NCBI GenBank assembly: GCA_900617105.1
Contig: UYFQ01000170.1
Location: 1-52,957, forward strand
DNA length: 52,957 nucleotides
Direction: 5' to 3'
From: Hydrurus foetidus
Lineage: Eukaryota
Below, one piece after another: positions 50,899 through 52,957 of the stretch (positions are counted from its first letter, which is position 1; each line of letters opens with the position of its first letter). Under the pieces are notes generated by a model. That model was not told the origin of the DNA. It saw only the letters and a program-made list of their open reading frames with translations, and ran no database searches. A program made the position numbers and the translations under genes.

Positions 50899-52957
50899 AG
50901 CTAAAGAATTCTAGACATTTTGGTAGACTTTATGGGTACATTTGGTGTATAATATACCTCATTTCGCCCGGATCTACTCTTTTTTTAATCGGAGAAACTC
51001 ATTGAGAAGCCCTTTAGCAGCATTCTCCACTTGGAATTTGGGAGGTACGACAGCTTTCAGCAGCATTTCATCGTTGCTTTCGATTCATGTGGACTATGTG
51101 TCATAAATTCTTAAAATATCTTAAAATAATCCTCAAAACATCTTAAATTATCTTGAATGTTCTTAAATTATAATATATTTCAAAACTAGTCATAAAATGG
51201 TTTTAAAAAATATTGAAAAATATTCTTTCATCCCTCTCGACAGGCTGTACCTACCGTGCATATAAAGCTGCCTGCCCGTCCAAAAAATATTGTTCATTGA
51301 TTTCTAAGCTAAAGAATTCTAGACATTTTGGTAGACTTTATGGGTACATTTGGTGTATAATATACCTCATTTCGCCCGGATCTACTCTTTTTAATCGGAG
51401 AAACTCATTGAGAAGCCCTTTAGCAGCATTCTCCACTTGGAATTTGGGAGGTACGACAGCTTTCAGCAGCATTTCATCGTTGCTTTCGATTCATGTGGAC
51501 TATGTGTCATAAATTCTTAAAATATCTTAAAATAATCCTCAAAACATCTTAAATTATCTTGAATGTTCTTAAATTATAATATATTTCAAAACTAGTCATA
51601 AAATGGTTTTAAAAAATATTGAAAAATATTCTTTCATCCCTCTCGACAGGCTGTACCTACCGTGCATATAAAGCTGCCTGCCCGTCCAAAAAATATTGTT
51701 CATTGATTTCTAAGCTAAAGAATTCTAGACATTTTGGTAGACTTTATGGGTACATTTGGTGTATAATATACCTCATTTCGCCCGGATCTACTCTTTTTTT
51801 AATCGGAGAAACTCATTGAGAAGCCCTTTAGCAGCATTCTCCACTTGGAATTTGGGAGCTACGACAGCTTTCAGCAGCATTTCATCGTTGCTTTCGATTC
51901 ATGTGGACTATGTGTCATAAATTCTTAAAATATCTTAAAATAATCCTCAAAACATCTTAAATTATCTTGAATGTTCTTAAATTATAATATATTTCAAAAC
52001 TAGTCATAAAATGGTTTTAAAAAATATTGAAAAATATTCTTTCATCCCTCTCGACAGGCTGTACCTACCGTGCATATAAAGCTGCCTGCCCGTCCAAAAA
52101 TATTGTTCATTGATTTCTAAGCTAAAGAATTCTAGACATTTTGGTAGACTTTATGGGTACATTTGGTGTATAATATACCTCATTTCGCCCGGATCTACTC
52201 TTTTTTTAATCGGAGAAACTCATTGAGAAGCCCTTTAGCAGCATTCTCCACTTGGAATTTGGGAGCTACGACAGCTTTCAGCAGCATTTCATCGTTGCTT
52301 TCGATTCATGTGGACTATGTGTCATAAATTCTTAAAATATCTTAAAATAATCCTCAAAACATCTTAAATTATCTTGAATGTTCTTAAATTATAATATATT
52401 TCAAAACTAGTCATAAAATGGTTTTAAAAAATATTGAAAAATATTCTTTCATCCCTCTCGACAGGCTGTACCTACCGTGCATATAAAGCTGCCTGCCCGT
52501 CCAAAAAATATTGTTCATTGATTTCTAAGCTAAAGAATTCTAGACATTTTGGTAGACTTTATGGGTACATTTGGTGTATAATATACCTCATTTCGCCCGG
52601 ATCTACTCTTTTTTAATCGGAGAAACTCATTGAGAAGCCCTTTAGCAGCATTCTCCACTTGGAATTTGGGAGGTACGACAGCTTTCAGCAGCATTTCATC
52701 GTTGCTTTCGATTCATGTGGACTATGTGTCATAAATTCTTAAAATATCTTAAAATAATCCTCAAAACATCTTAAATTATCTTGAATGTTCTTAAATTATA
52801 ATATATTTCAAAACTAGTCATAAAATGGTTTTAAAAAATATTGAAAAATATTCTTTCATCCCTCTCGACAGGTTGTACCTACCGTGCATATAAAGCTGCC
52901 TGCCCGTCCAAAAAAAATATTGTTCATTGATTTCTAGCTAAAGAATTCTAGACATTT
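50899..52957. repeat. Tandem array with a ~407-bp unit; 5 full copies, continuing off the right edge
   Basis: gctaaagaattctagac recurs at 50900, 51308, 51714, 52121, 52529 and 52937. Copies differ mostly in homopolymer length. Confidence 0.97.

Noticed and set aside
51213..52616. Repeated plus-strand MKNILSS ORFs
   Set aside because: They start at TTG, and their length changes with a T-homopolymer among array units.

Overview
Eukaryotic nuclear DNA with GT-AG introns. It is probably from a stramenopile/ochrophyte, inferred from a bipartite-looking plastid presequence and CoDi-like copia elements. A core of four intron-containing host genes (UreF, CWC22, an NPEPL1-like M17 aminopeptidase, a Uup-like ABC-F ATPase; about 19.5-39.4 kb) lies between two nests of transposable elements. 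The left nest holds the 5' LTR and gag of a copia running off the window, a copia RT/RNaseH relic, a truncated MULE, and two ~800-bp TA-flanked MITEs in tandem. The first MITE is split by a 6.4-kb TGGGGG...CCCCCA element with an AT duplication. The left nest also has an apparently intact pogo-like transposon with ~597-bp TIRs and DD40D-like spacing, a (TATAATG)n array and a fold-back element. The right nest holds a full-length copia (near-identical LTRs, TGGGG TSD) whose gag is interrupted by a 4.7-kb pogo-like transposon, followed by a ~407-bp tandem array. The most unusual observations are tRNA-like Pol III A/B-box modules in the subtermini of two different DNA elements, the unclassified TGGGGG/AT family, the long-TIR DD40D element and a swapped cassette in sister MITEs. 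All calls were made by eye, with no database searches.
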